Below, in pieces: positions 21,084 to 31,255 of a DNA stretch of 64,000 bases. Source of the DNA: Thermodesulfobium acidiphilum (GTDB lineage Bacteria; Thermodesulfobiota; Thermodesulfobiia; Thermodesulfobiales; Thermodesulfobiaceae); NCBI RefSeq assembly GCF_003057965.1, contig NZ_CP020921.1:670916-734915 (forward strand), written 5' to 3'. Made by a program: the position numbers and the translations under genes. Under the pieces are notes generated by a model that searched no databases, was not told where the DNA came from, and worked only from the letters and a program-made list of their open reading frames with translations. How positions within the stretch are numbered: the stretch's first letter is position 1; the number at the start of each line of letters is the position of its first letter.

Positions 21084-21807
21084 TTTCTTAATTATTTTTT
21101 TTGGCATAGCTTCTTCTCTGGTTTTTCCTGAGGAAGCAAATGCTTCTTTGATTTCCACACAGGAAGAAATAAAAATTGGGAGGGACGCTTCTAAAAGTTT
21201 TGAAAAGAAATATGGATTGTACAACGATCAATATTGGAATCAAAAGGTATCTGAAATAGGTTCACGACTTGTAGCTGTTTGCGATAGAAAGGATTTGCCA
21301 TATAGTTTTAAAATTGTTAATATAAACCAAGTAAACGCTGTTTCTTTTCCGGGTGGATTTATTTATGTATATAAGGGATTGTTAAACTTTGTTAAATCAG
21401 ATGATGAGCTTGCATGTGTATTAGGTCACGAAATTGGCCACGTTTGTAGAAGACATGTTGTTAAAAATATTGAAAAAGAATTTTATGCGGATTTATTGTT
21501 GCAAATTTTTTTTGCGAGAAGTTCTTCTTTAACTAAATATATAGCAAGGCTGACAGAAAACTTAGTGATGCTAGGATATAGTCGCGAAGAGGAGTATGAG
21601 GCAGATCATTATGGGGCGATTTATGCGTATAGGGCTGGGTATAACCCCTGTGCGATGATTACCTTTATGGAAAGGTTGAAAACTTTGGAAAAAAATAGCT
21701 TTGGCAAAGCTTATGAAATTTTTTCTGACCATCCTGCTACAGAAGAGAGGATAAAACGTCTACAGGAATTAGATAAAGAATTAGGGGTGCAATGCAATGT
21801 GGTGTAA
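21070..21807 (+). CDS. M48-family zinc metalloprotease with twin-arginine-like signal
   Basis: NA...PGG.IY, GHEIGH, YSREEE.EAD, HP...ER; N-terminal KRRSFL. Confidence 0.88.
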   Translation: MKRRSFLIIFFGIASSLVFPEEANASLISTQEEIKIGRDASKSFEKKYGLYNDQYWNQKVSEIGSRLVAVCDRKDLPYSFKIVNINQVNAVSFPGGFIYVYKGLLNFVKSDDELACVLGHEIGHVCRRHVVKNIEKEFYADLLLQIFFARSSSLTKYIARLTENLVMLGYSREEEYEADHYGAIYAYRAGYNPCAMITFMERLKTLEKNSFGKAYEIFSDHPATEERIKRLQELDKELGVQCNVV

Positions 21808-21836
21808 ATGAGTTTATTTTCAGGAGGGAAAGAATT

Positions 21837-22889
21837 ATGGATAAGAGTGTAATGGACAAATACGTTTCTAACATTGCATATCATATGAAAGATTTTTATA
21901 AAGATTTAACCTTTTATAAAGATGGCAAAATAGATTTACCTGAAATAGAGAACTTGATTTTTTTGGGAATTGGTGGATCCGCAATTTCTCCAAAAATCTT
22001 TACTGAGATTATGAACACTAATAAAAAAGCTTACTTTTTTTCTGCTTTAAGTGGACATGAGATTTTACCAGATCCATCGAAGAGCTTTGTTATGGCTTTT
22101 AGTTACTCCGGAAATACTGTTGAAACGTTAAAAAGTATTGAATTAATTGCAAAAGATGGATTTAAGGGAATTGGGGTTTCATCTGGTGGCAAGATTGTTG
22201 ATCTGTGTAAGGATTTGAACTGGCAACATATTTCAGTACCTAAAGATAGAGCTCCAAGAGCTGCTATGCCTTTTACTCTCTCAATTTTATTTAAATTAGC
22301 CCTTTCCAAGAAATGGACTGAATATAATGAAGGTGATTTCTGGAATGACATAATCGAGTTATCGAATAGTAAAAATAATTTTTTGCCTGAAGTTGATTTT
22401 GAGGATAATATTTCAAAAAGGATTGCGTATAAGCTTTATTCTAAAAAGAATATTATAATTTGGGGAGTGGAATCGATTAGTAAAAATATAGCCTATAGGT
22501 TTAAATCTCAACTAGAGGAGAATGCAAAACAGCTATCTTATTATTCTTATCTACCAGAAGCTTCACATAATCAAATTGTTCCAATCTCACTGGTTAACAA
22601 TAAAGAAGAGTATATCGTTTTAATATTCAGAATTCCTCAATCTGAATCTATTCTGGTTTCTAATATTATAAGTACTGTTAAAACCTTTTTAAATTCTGAA
22701 GGGGTAGAAGTTTTAGAAATATTTGGTTCTGGAAAAAATCACGTTTTGGCAGGACTTGATCTCATATATTCTACTGATTTTGCGAGTTATTATCTTGCAC
22801 TACTTAAAGGGATAGAGCCTGAGCCAATTGAGCCAATTAGCAGAATGAAGGTTATTTTAAATGATAATCTTCGCAAAGTTCTTTTATAG
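21837..22889 (+). CDS. Bifunctional phosphoglucose/phosphomannose isomerase (SIS domains)
   Basis: GIGGS, SYSGNT.ET, SSGGK, PRAA, ENAK, PEASHN; ATG 21837 after AGGAGG. Confidence 0.85.
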   Translation: MDKSVMDKYVSNIAYHMKDFYKDLTFYKDGKIDLPEIENLIFLGIGGSAISPKIFTEIMNTNKKAYFFSALSGHEILPDPSKSFVMAFSYSGNTVETLKSIELIAKDGFKGIGVSSGGKIVDLCKDLNWQHISVPKDRAPRAAMPFTLSILFKLALSKKWTEYNEGDFWNDIIELSNSKNNFLPEVDFEDNISKRIAYKLYSKKNIIIWGVESISKNIAYRFKSQLEENAKQLSYYSYLPEASHNQIVPISLVNNKEEYIVLIFRIPQSESILVSNIISTVKTFLNSEGVEVLEIFGSGKNHVLAGLDLIYSTDFASYYLALLKGIEPEPIEPISRMKVILNDNLRKVLL

Positions 22890-23511
22890 GACATATTTGA
22901 CAACTTTGTTTTTTAGCCCTGCAAATATTTCTTCCTAATTCGATTAAATATAGGTGCAGGGCTTTTAATTTTTTCCAATTCTGAACAGATCTTTCTACTT
23001 CAATTTGTATATCCTTTTTGGAAATCCTTTTATTTTTAATCTTCTGGATAATTCTTAAGATATGCGTATCAACAGGAAAGGCGCATTTGTGTAAACCAAA
23101 CAATATTGCGCAGGAAACGGTCTTTAAGCCTATTCCGTCAATGTCAAGAAAAACTTCTATAATTTCAGAAACTTCCTTTTTTCTAAAATTATTTTCAATA
23201 TCTAAATAATTTTTGCTAAGTAGGAATTTTTTACTCAATAAATATAAGGTTTTCGTCTTTTGATTGTTTAAACCAGCTATCTTTATAGAATTCTTAATTT
23301 TGTCATAAAATTCAACCTTTGAAAGATTTTGCAATTCATTATTTATGACTTTTATTAGGTTTTTGTAGGCTTGTATGGAATTTGTATCTGTAGTATTCTG
23401 GGAAAGTATTGCTTTAATCAGCTCATGAAAAAAATCTTCGTCTTTTCTTTCTATTTTTCCAAAATAGTCTTCTAATTTACTTAGTAAATTCTCATAAAAA
23501 TTTTCTTTCAT
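22852..23511 (-). CDS. Endonuclease III-family HhH-GPD DNA glycosylase with Fe-S cluster
   Basis: ILSQNT, GIGLKT, PVDTH, C..C-type cluster CRAKKQSCQICPIKELC. Confidence 0.85.
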   Translation of the reverse strand: MKENFYENLLSKLEDYFGKIERKDEDFFHELIKAILSQNTTDTNSIQAYKNLIKVINNELQNLSKVEFYDKIKNSIKIAGLNNQKTKTLYLLSKKFLLSKNYLDIENNFRKKEVSEIIEVFLDIDGIGLKTVSCAILFGLHKCAFPVDTHILRIIQKIKNKRISKKDIQIEVERSVQNWKKLKALHLYLIELGRNICRAKKQSCQICPIKELCEDYHLK

Positions 23512-23558
23512 TAAGTTATCACCTTCTTTCTAAAAAGTATGATACAATATTCTAAACT

Positions 23559-23649
23559 GGAGGGGTGTCCGAGCGGTTTAAGGAGCCGGTCTTGAAAATC
23601 GGTGTCCCCTTTATTGGGGCCGTGGGTTCGAATCCCACCCCCTCCGCCA
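23559..23649 (+). tRNA. tRNA-Ser(TGA)
   Basis: GGAGGGG/CCCCTCC acceptor stem, anticodon loop CTTGAAA, long variable arm, GTTCGAATC, encoded CCA. Confidence 0.96.
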
Positions 23650-23834
23650 TTTTTATTTTTAAATAAATGATCTAGGTATTTTTTGTTAATGTTAAATATT
23701 ATAAGTGAAATAGCAATTTTCTTAACATTAAATAGTACTCTCTTTAAAGTTTATGGGTGTCAGTTTATAGTGACAAAGTTGCTGCCTTCTTAAAGGACAA
23801 TATCACTGTCCGTTAAAAAAATCACATTAAATAG

Positions 23835-23863
23835 TTGACTTTATAAGATTTTATATTTATACT
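23835..23863 (+). promoter_or_regulatory. Sigma70 promoter of tRNA-Leu (probably also csp)
   Basis: TTGACT-17 bp-TATACT. Confidence 0.7.
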
Positions 23864-23873
23864 AATAAAAAGT

Positions 23874-23960
23874 GCCGAGGTGGCGGAATGGCAGACGCGC
23901 TAGTTTGAGGGGCTAGTGAACGCTTCGTTCGTCAGGGTTCAAGTCCCTGTCTCGGCACCA
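23874..23960 (+). tRNA. tRNA-Leu(GAG)
   Basis: GCCGAGG/TCTCGGC stem, anticodon loop TTGAGGG, variable arm, GTTCAAGTC, encoded CCA. Confidence 0.96.
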
Positions 23961-24108
23961 AGGGCTTGCCTGCAATTTACTATTGGGTGGGTTCTTAAAG
24001 GGAGGTGAACTTTGCTCTAGGTTTCTTGATCTAAAGAGAAGAAGAGTTAGGTAGAAGAGAATAGAAAAAAAATTAAACTTTTGAAAGGGTTTTAGGAGGT
24101 TATTTATC

Positions 24109-24315
24109 ATGTTTTTAGGAAAAGTAAAGTGGTTTAACAATGAAAAGGGTTATGGATTTATTTCAAAGGATGACGGGAGCGGCGATGTCTTTGTCCATTA
24201 TAGTGCAATCCAGGGCAAAGGGTTCAGAACCTTAGAGCAAGGTCAAGCTGTTCAGTTTGAAATTGTAGATGGTCCAAAAGGACCACAGGCATCTAACGTT
24301 ACCAAGGTATCATAA
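24109..24315 (+). CDS. cspA: Cold-shock protein
   Basis: [32 protein letters not shown]. Confidence 0.95.
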   Translation: MFLGKVKWFNNEKGYGFISKDDGSGDVFVHYSAIQGKGFRTLEQGQAVQFEIVDGPKGPQASNVTKVS

Positions 24316-24365
24316 ATAAGATATTATTGTCCTTAAAATAATAATTTTTTAATAGTTAAACTTTT

Positions 24366-24395
24366 CAAAAGCCCCGGGGAGGGGCTTTTGTTTTC
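24366..24395 (+). terminator. Intrinsic terminator after csp
   Basis: CAAAAGCCCC-gggga-GGGGCTTTTG followed by T-run. Confidence 0.8.
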
Positions 24396-24488
24396 TTAAT
24401 TTAATATTCTGTATAAAACATAAAAACAATTATAAAAAGCTTTATAAGTACTAAATATTATTAAAATTAAGTTTATAGGAGGATAAAT

Positions 24489-25028
24489 ATGCAAATAGTC
24501 GTAAAAGATAAGGGTGTAAATTTATCAGAAGATCTTAAGAATTATACTACAAACAAGATATCAAAATTAGAAAAATTTTTCAAAAAAATAATTGAAGTCC
24601 AGGTTGTTCTTTCTAAAACAAGCGCTAAAAAAAATAAGCAAATTTTTTCGGCGGAAGTTACAATTTTTGCGGCTGGTTCAACAATTAGGGCTCAAGAGAG
24701 ATCGGAAGATTTAAGGACAGCAATAGATTTGGTTTATGATAAACTGGAAAGACAAATTTCTAAGTATAAGGAAAAGCTTGTGCAAAGGCACAGGAATTTG
24801 ATGAATGAAAACTTCTTAGTACAAAAAGGTGAAGAAGTAGTGCATGAAAATAAAATAGTTAAAACAAAAAGGTTTCCTTTAAAGCCAATTACACCAGAAG
24901 AGGCTATAATAGATATGGAACTATTGGGTCATAATTTTTATGTTTTTATTAATTCTCAAACTATGGATACAAACGTAGTTTATAGAAGAAATGAAGGTGG
25001 ATACGGTTTAATTGAGCCAGAAAAATAA
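24489..25028 (+). CDS. hpf: Long ribosome hibernation promoting factor
   Basis: AID.V.DKLERQI.KYK; C-terminal EEAI..MELLGH.F.VF...NVVYRR..G.YGLIEP. Confidence 0.92.
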   Translation: MQIVVKDKGVNLSEDLKNYTTNKISKLEKFFKKIIEVQVVLSKTSAKKNKQIFSAEVTIFAAGSTIRAQERSEDLRTAIDLVYDKLERQISKYKEKLVQRHRNLMNENFLVQKGEEVVHENKIVKTKRFPLKPITPEEAIIDMELLGHNFYVFINSQTMDTNVVYRRNEGGYGLIEPEK

Positions 25029-25046
25029 ATTTTTTGAGGAATATAA

Positions 25047-27563
25047 ATGTTTAATAAGCTTTTAAGTAAAATTCTTGGTTCTAGTAAAGAAAATGAATTA
25101 AAGAAATATTATGAAATTGTTGCAACTATTAATAATAAAGAAGAAGAAATAAAGAAATTAACTAGGGAAGATTTTCTACAGATAACTAATAATTATAGAG
25201 AAGCGCTAAAAGAGTACAAAGAGAAAGATTTCCCAAATGAAATTCTTATTAATTCATTTGCAATGGTAAGAGAAGCATCTCTAAGAACTTTAGGGCTCAG
25301 GCACTTTGACGTTCAACTTATTGGTGGTTTGGTACTAAATGACGGCAAGATTGCTGAAATGGCTACGGGTGAAGGCAAAACCCTTGCTGCTACAACTGCT
25401 GCTTATCTTAATGCGTTGAGTGGGAAAGGCGTTCATATTGTTACAGTCAATGACTATCTTGCAAAAAGAGATGCTGAGTGGATGAAACCTGTTTACGAAT
25501 ATTTAGGAGTTTCTGTAGGGTATTTACAAAATAATTTCGATAATGAAAAGAGAAAAGCTGCATATAATTGCGATATAACATATGGCGTGAACCATGAATT
25601 TGGTTTTGACTATCTAAGAGATAATATGGCTTTATCTGTGGCTGATCAGGTTCAGAGAGGTTTGAATTATGCAATTGTTGACGAAGTAGACAGCATTCTA
25701 ATCGATGAGGCCAGGACCCCTCTTATCATATCTGGAAGAGCTGCTCAAAAAACAGAGCTGTATAATAGGCTCAATCCTATAGCTCTCAGACTGAAGCCTG
25801 AAGAGGATTTTACACCTGATGAGAAGACTAAAACTCTTTCTTTGACTGAAGTTGGAGTTGCTAAAGCTGAGAAATTATTGGGAATAGATAATCTTTTTGA
25901 CGTTAAGTACATTGATGTGCTTCACGTTCTTACTCAATTATTAAGAGCTCATCACCTGTTTAAAAGAGAAAAAGATTATGTGGTCAAAGATGGAGAGGTA
26001 ATTATTGTAGATGAGTTTACCGGAAGGCTTATGCATGGGAGGAGATATTCTGATGGATTGCATCAGGCTATTGAGGCAAAGGAACACGTAAGGGTTAGAG
26101 AAGAAACACAGACTATAGCTACCATTACTATTCAAAACTATTTTAGATCTTATGCAAAATTGGCAGGTATGACAGGTACTGCAAAAACGGATGAGGCTGA
26201 GTTTATAAAGATCTACAACTTGATGGTAGTAGAGATTCCAACGAACAAACCTGTAATTAGAGTCGATTTTCCTGATGTAATATATAAAAATGAAGAAGCA
26301 AAATTGAGAGCCTTGATAAGGGAAATTCAAGAATGTTTTGAAAGAGGTCAGCCAGTTTTGGTTGGCACAACATCTATTGAGAAATCAGAAAAACTTAGCC
26401 TGCTTTTAAAGAAAAAGGGAATACCTCATCATGTGTTGAATGCAAAGTATCATGAAAAAGAAGCAGAAATAATTTCACATGCTGGTGAAAAGAAATCAGT
26501 AACTATTGCTACAAATATGGCTGGTAGAGGTGTGGATATTGTAATTGATGATGAGGTAAGACAACTTGGAGGACTTCATGTAATAGGCACATCAAGACAT
26601 GAAAGCAGGAGAATTGATAATCAGTTAAGAGGTCGAGCAGGTAGACAGGGAGATCCTGGTTCATCTAGATTTTATCTATCCTTAGATGACGATCTCTTGA
26701 GATTGTTTGGTTCTGATAGGCTTGTTGCTTTGATGGACAAGCTGAACATAGATGAAAACGAGCCAATTGAACATAAATGGGTTACAAAAGCCGTAGAAAA
26801 TGCACAGAAAAAAGTAGAAGAAAACAACTTTGCAATAAGAAAACAACTAATTGAGTATGACGATGTTTTAAATAGACAAAGAGAATATATATATTCTGAA
26901 AGGCAAAAACTTTTAACCCGTGATGATTGTAAGGACATAATTGTTGGTTGGATAGAGCAAATTGTTGAAAAGTATGTAGATGAATCGTTTCCGAAAAAAA
27001 CAATTAATGAAGAAGGCTTGTCAGTTCTTAAAGAATCTCTTCAAGAAATAATAAAACTAGATGATGACGCTTTTGATAGCTGTAAGGACATAACTGAATT
27101 AAAAAGTAAGCTTAAATTAGTTTTGAAAGAAAAATATAGTCTTAGAGAGTCGGAGCTCGGTTCAGAATTATTGAGGTCTTTAGAGAAATATATAGCTTTA
27201 AGAATTATAGATGAAAAGTGGATGGAATATTTACAAGATAATGATTCTTTGAGAGAAGGTATAGGACTTAGGGCTTACGGTCAAAAAGATCCTCTTGTGG
27301 AATATAAGATAGAAGCATCGAAATTGTTTCAGGAAACTGCTACTCTTATAAAAAAAGATACTCTAAAATTTTTGTTCAACGTAATTGTTGAAAAAAAGGA
27401 AGATTTGAGTGATAAAAAAGAGGCTCCCCAAGGGAAAACCAATATAAACAATGCTAACAATAACCAAAAAAATAATAAAAAGAAAAAGATTGGCAGAAAT
27501 GATCCTTGTCCTTGTGGTAGCGGAAAAAAATATAAACATTGTTGTGGAAGGAATGAAACATGA
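25047..27563 (+). CDS. secA: Preprotein translocase subunit SecA
   Basis: EMATGEGKT, VDEVDSILIDEARTPLIISG, GRAGRQGDPG, SEC-C GRNDPCPCGSGKKYKHCCG. Confidence 0.98.
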   Translation: MFNKLLSKILGSSKENELKKYYEIVATINNKEEEIKKLTREDFLQITNNYREALKEYKEKDFPNEILINSFAMVREASLRTLGLRHFDVQLIGGLVLNDGKIAEMATGEGKTLAATTAAYLNALSGKGVHIVTVNDYLAKRDAEWMKPVYEYLGVSVGYLQNNFDNEKRKAAYNCDITYGVNHEFGFDYLRDNMALSVADQVQRGLNYAIVDEVDSILIDEARTPLIISGRAAQKTELYNRLNPIALRLKPEEDFTPDEKTKTLSLTEVGVAKAEKLLGIDNLFDVKYIDVLHVLTQLLRAHHLFKREKDYVVKDGEVIIVDEFTGRLMHGRRYSDGLHQAIEAKEHVRVREETQTIATITIQNYFRSYAKLAGMTGTAKTDEAEFIKIYNLMVVEIPTNKPVIRVDFPDVIYKNEEAKLRALIREIQECFERGQPVLVGTTSIEKSEKLSLLLKKKGIPHHVLNAKYHEKEAEIISHAGEKKSVTIATNMAGRGVDIVIDDEVRQLGGLHVIGTSRHESRRIDNQLRGRAGRQGDPGSSRFYLSLDDDLLRLFGSDRLVALMDKLNIDENEPIEHKWVTKAVENAQKKVEENNFAIRKQLIEYDDVLNRQREYIYSERQKLLTRDDCKDIIVGWIEQIVEKYVDESFPKKTINEEGLSVLKESLQEIIKLDDDAFDSCKDITELKSKLKLVLKEKYSLRESELGSELLRSLEKYIALRIIDEKWMEYLQDNDSLREGIGLRAYGQKDPLVEYKIEASKLFQETATLIKKDTLKFLFNVIVEKKEDLSDKKEAPQGKTNINNANNNQKNNKKKKIGRNDPCPCGSGKKYKHCCGRNET

Positions 27564-28652
27564 TAGAGTACGACATTAATTCTTTGAATGAGAGAATCTT
27601 AAAAATTCGTGACTGCCTTTGACCTGGACAACAAGATAAAAAAGTTAGAAAACATAAGAAATGAACTTTCAAATCCTGAAATTTGGCAGGATGTTCAAAA
27701 GTCTTCGAATCTAACTCAGTTAGCTGATAGTCTCCAGAAAAGTATTGATGAATGGAATAATTTAAATTCTAGTTTTGAAGATTTTTTGTTTTGGACTGAA
27801 TTTCAGGGCGAAGATGTAGAAAATGAAATTACTGAAAGCTATAAGAATTTAATTAAAATTCTTGAAGAAATGGAAATTAGAGCCCTTTTGTCCGGAAAAT
27901 ACGATAGTTATAATGCAATGCTTTCTATAAGTGCTGGAGCAGGTGGAGTGGATGCGCAAGATTTTGCAGAAATGCTTCTTAGAATGTATATTCGTTGGGG
28001 AGAAAAGAATAAATATTCTGTAGAATTAGTGGATCAAAGTCCTGGCGATGAAGCGGGTATCAGATCTGCTACGATTTTTTTTAAAGGGAAATATTCTTAT
28101 GGTTTTCTGAAATCTGAGCAAGGCGTTCATAGACTAATAAGGCTTTCTCCTTTTGATTTCAATAACAGAAGACATACATCATTTGTTTTGGTAGAGGTTA
28201 CTCCACTAATTGAAAACGTTAAAGAAGTTAACGTAAAAAATGAAGATATAAAAATAGAAACCTTTAGGGCTTCTGGGGCTGGTGGTCAACACGTGAACAA
28301 AACTGATTCAGCAGTAAGAATTACGCATTTGCCAACAGGAATTGTTGTAACTTGTAGAAATGAAAGGAGTCAATTTCAGAATAAAGAGGCAGCGATGAAA
28401 ATTCTTATTTCAAGGCTTAATAGCCTTTATGAAGAAAAACAAAAGGATAAGATGAATGAATTCAAGGGCGAAACTGATGCTTCATGGGGAAAACAAATAA
28501 GAACCTATGTTATGCATCCATATACAATGGTAAAAGATCATAGAACTAATGTAGAGTTTGGAGATGTTTATGGGGTTTTGGACGGAAATATTGATGAATT
28601 TCAAAAAGCTTTTTTGCTTAAAGAATCAAAAGAAAAAAATCAGGGTGATTAG
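27560..28652 (+). CDS. prfB: Peptide chain release factor 2 with programmed +1 frameshift at CTT TGA C (27617-27623)
   Basis: ATG 27560 overlaps secA stop; 20 codons to CTT-TGA-C; +1 frame has SPF and GGQ motifs. Confidence 0.95.
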
Positions 28653-30578
28653 ATGACTAATAGAAAACTTCTCTTTCTTACAGGACTCTTTATGCTTGCT
28701 GTTTCTGGTTTATTTTCCTTTATCGTTTCTTCGATCAGGTCAGATGTAGAGGTGAAAGCGGACAAACATATATCTATTGTAATTGATTATGAAGGATTTA
28801 GGGATTTAGCTGAACTAACTGATTATCCTTTTGATAAGTTTTTGACTGAGCTTAGAAAAGAGGGGGTTACTGCTGTGGCCCTTAAAGAATCCAACCTCAA
28901 ATCTCTGGTTGAGAGGGGGGAGGTTTTTCTGGTTCATCCAGATGAAAAATCAATTAAGGATGGAATAATATGGGTAGCTGAGTTTAGAGATCCTGAACTT
29001 GCTAAGGAAGTATTTGATAAATTAACAAATAAATACAACAGCCTGCTCAAAAAAACTTATTTGAAAGGATCTTCTATATATTCTTCTGATGAAGATTTGC
29101 CATCTTTGTATTTTGGTTTCCTTAATAAAGAAATAAATTTTTGTAAGAAGTTAGGCTTTTATATTGTATTAAGACCAATAAACGATTATCGCTTTTACTC
29201 TAATAAAGAAGATTTTGAAAGATGGGTAAACCAGTATCCTAAAAATGTGTGGATGATAATTTTTGGTGAAAGAGAGGTTTTAGGATACCCAAACTTTATC
29301 AATATTTATGCTAAGATCCTGGAAAAGAATAACATACGCTTTGGTTATGTGGAATTTGCCAAACAAAGAGGCATTGATGAATTAGCTAGGATGATTCCAT
29401 ATCAAGTGTTAAGAGTTCATGCAATTACCAACAATGAAATACCAGGCGCTAACGTCATTTATTCAGATTCCAAATTTGAGTCTGGCAAAAAGATAAAATA
29501 CTCGGATGCTATCCCTCGTTGGGGAAGGGCTATTAAAGAGAGAAACATAAAGGTACTATATGTAAATCCGTGGGGTGAACCGTTGAAGGGCAATCTTATC
29601 AATACGAACTTGGAGTATATAAAAAATATTGTTCAGGAAATAAGGCTTCAAGGATTTGTGCCTGGAAAAGCTCTCTGGAATGCACACGATGAGTTTTATT
29701 TTAAACCAATAAGACTTATATGGATTTTTGGCATATTTTTCTGTTTGGGATGTCTTTTGCTTTTAATGTTTTCTGTTAATTTGGATACCCGAAAGATATT
29801 AATTTTTTCGTCTGTTCTTTTAATAATAAATGTTTTGTTGTTTATTTTTGGCAAATTTAACTTTATAGCGTGGGAAACTGCTTTGATGAGTTCTACTTTC
29901 CCGCCAATATATCTATATAATAGAATCAAAACCTCCAGCTGGATATCCTTTTTGTTGAATTTTATAATGGTATTTTTAATTTCAATTTTGGGAGCTTTGC
30001 TGACAAATAATATCTATTTGTCTGCAACTTCCGTTATTGGAATTAATATCTTTCCTTTGATTAAGTTACTTTTAGTTTTACCGATATTACTTTTAGGTTT
30101 AAGAATATTTTTTAGGACTATCAATATTAAGGAATATATTAACGAGCTTATGAAGCCGATGAGAAGGGTAGAATTTGCGGCATTAATAGTTTTTTTGATA
30201 ATTTTGATAATATATGTCTTAAGATCTGGAAATCAAAACCCAATTGGTTTATTGCCTGATGAAGAACATATAAGAATATTTTTAGAAAAAACTCTTTTTG
30301 TAAGACCCAGATTTAAAGAATTGATAGGGTATTCGATGCTTATTTTCTCTTTCTATTTGTATAGATTAAAAAATATTAATTTCTTCAAATTTTTCTTTTT
30401 GATTTCTTCTGTAGCATTTATATCTCTAACAGATACATTTTTGCACATTCATATTCCAATATATATTAGTATAATTAGATGTTTGGAAGGGCTCTTTTTG
30501 GGTTCAGTTTTGGGATTTATTTTTTGTTTTGGACTTAATATCTTATTAAAACTATATAAAACGAGGTTTGATAAATGA
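28653..30578 (+). CDS. DUF5693-like membrane protein
   Basis: N-terminal TM, soluble domain with RAIKERNI, C-terminal TMs with LRSGN, VRPRFKE, TF.HIH.P. Confidence 0.7.
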   Translation: MTNRKLLFLTGLFMLAVSGLFSFIVSSIRSDVEVKADKHISIVIDYEGFRDLAELTDYPFDKFLTELRKEGVTAVALKESNLKSLVERGEVFLVHPDEKSIKDGIIWVAEFRDPELAKEVFDKLTNKYNSLLKKTYLKGSSIYSSDEDLPSLYFGFLNKEINFCKKLGFYIVLRPINDYRFYSNKEDFERWVNQYPKNVWMIIFGEREVLGYPNFINIYAKILEKNNIRFGYVEFAKQRGIDELARMIPYQVLRVHAITNNEIPGANVIYSDSKFESGKKIKYSDAIPRWGRAIKERNIKVLYVNPWGEPLKGNLINTNLEYIKNIVQEIRLQGFVPGKALWNAHDEFYFKPIRLIWIFGIFFCLGCLLLLMFSVNLDTRKILIFSSVLLIINVLLFIFGKFNFIAWETALMSSTFPPIYLYNRIKTSSWISFLLNFIMVFLISILGALLTNNIYLSATSVIGINIFPLIKLLLVLPILLLGLRIFFRTINIKEYINELMKPMRRVEFAALIVFLIILIIYVLRSGNQNPIGLLPDEEHIRIFLEKTLFVRPRFKELIGYSMLIFSFYLYRLKNINFFKFFFLISSVAFISLTDTFLHIHIPIYISIIRCLEGLFLGSVLGFIFCFGLNILLKLYKTRFDK

Positions 30579-31237
30579 TAATAGCAATTGATGGTCCTGC
30601 TGGAGCTGGTAAAAGCACTGTAGCGCGTGAACTATCAAAGAGATTGAATTACAAGTATTTAGATACTGGAGCAATGTATAGAGCTATTACATTTGAGCTA
30701 ATAAACAGAAAGTTAGAAGACTCAAAAGATCTGGAAAATATTTTTAAAAAAATAATAGATTCTATTGAGCTAGATTTTGTTGATGGAAATATTGTATTGA
30801 ACGGAAGAATTTTAACAAAAGAAATAAGAGATCCAATTATAGATAAACATGTTTCGAAAGCGGCTTCGAGTAAAGTAGTGAGATTATTTCTTTTGTCTGA
30901 ACAGAGGAAATTAGCAACTAATTCACCAAATATTATTTTAGAAGGTCGCGATACAACTACTGTTGTGTGTCCTGATGCTCAAGTAAAAATATTTCTAACG
31001 GCTTCACTTGAAGAGAGGGCAAGAAGAAGGTATAAGGAGTTACTTAAAAAAGATATTAAAATTGACTTCGAAGAGGTAAAAAAACAGATTGAGAAAAGAG
31101 ATGAGTCTGATATGAACAGAGAAATAGGCCCTCTTAAGGTTGCAGAAGATGCAGTAATAATTGATTCAACCGAAAGGGATGTAGAATGGGTTGTTGATAA
31201 AATTTTTTCAATTGTTGGAGATAAAAAAAATACCTAA
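30575..31237 (+). CDS. cmk: Cytidylate kinase
   Basis: IAIDGPAGAGKST, YLDTGAMYRA, EGRD. Confidence 0.95.
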   Translation: MIIAIDGPAGAGKSTVARELSKRLNYKYLDTGAMYRAITFELINRKLEDSKDLENIFKKIIDSIELDFVDGNIVLNGRILTKEIRDPIIDKHVSKAASSKVVRLFLLSEQRKLATNSPNIILEGRDTTTVVCPDAQVKIFLTASLEERARRRYKELLKKDIKIDFEEVKKQIEKRDESDMNREIGPLKVAEDAVIIDSTERDVEWVVDKIFSIVGDKKNT

Positions 31238-31255
31238 GGTATAATTGATTACAAA

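Noticed and set aside
23913..24140. Short antisense ORFs such as this one, and the many 60-150 aa ORFs opposite known genes
   Set aside because: They are shadows of tRNAs or well-supported genes and lack RBS and recognisable motifs.
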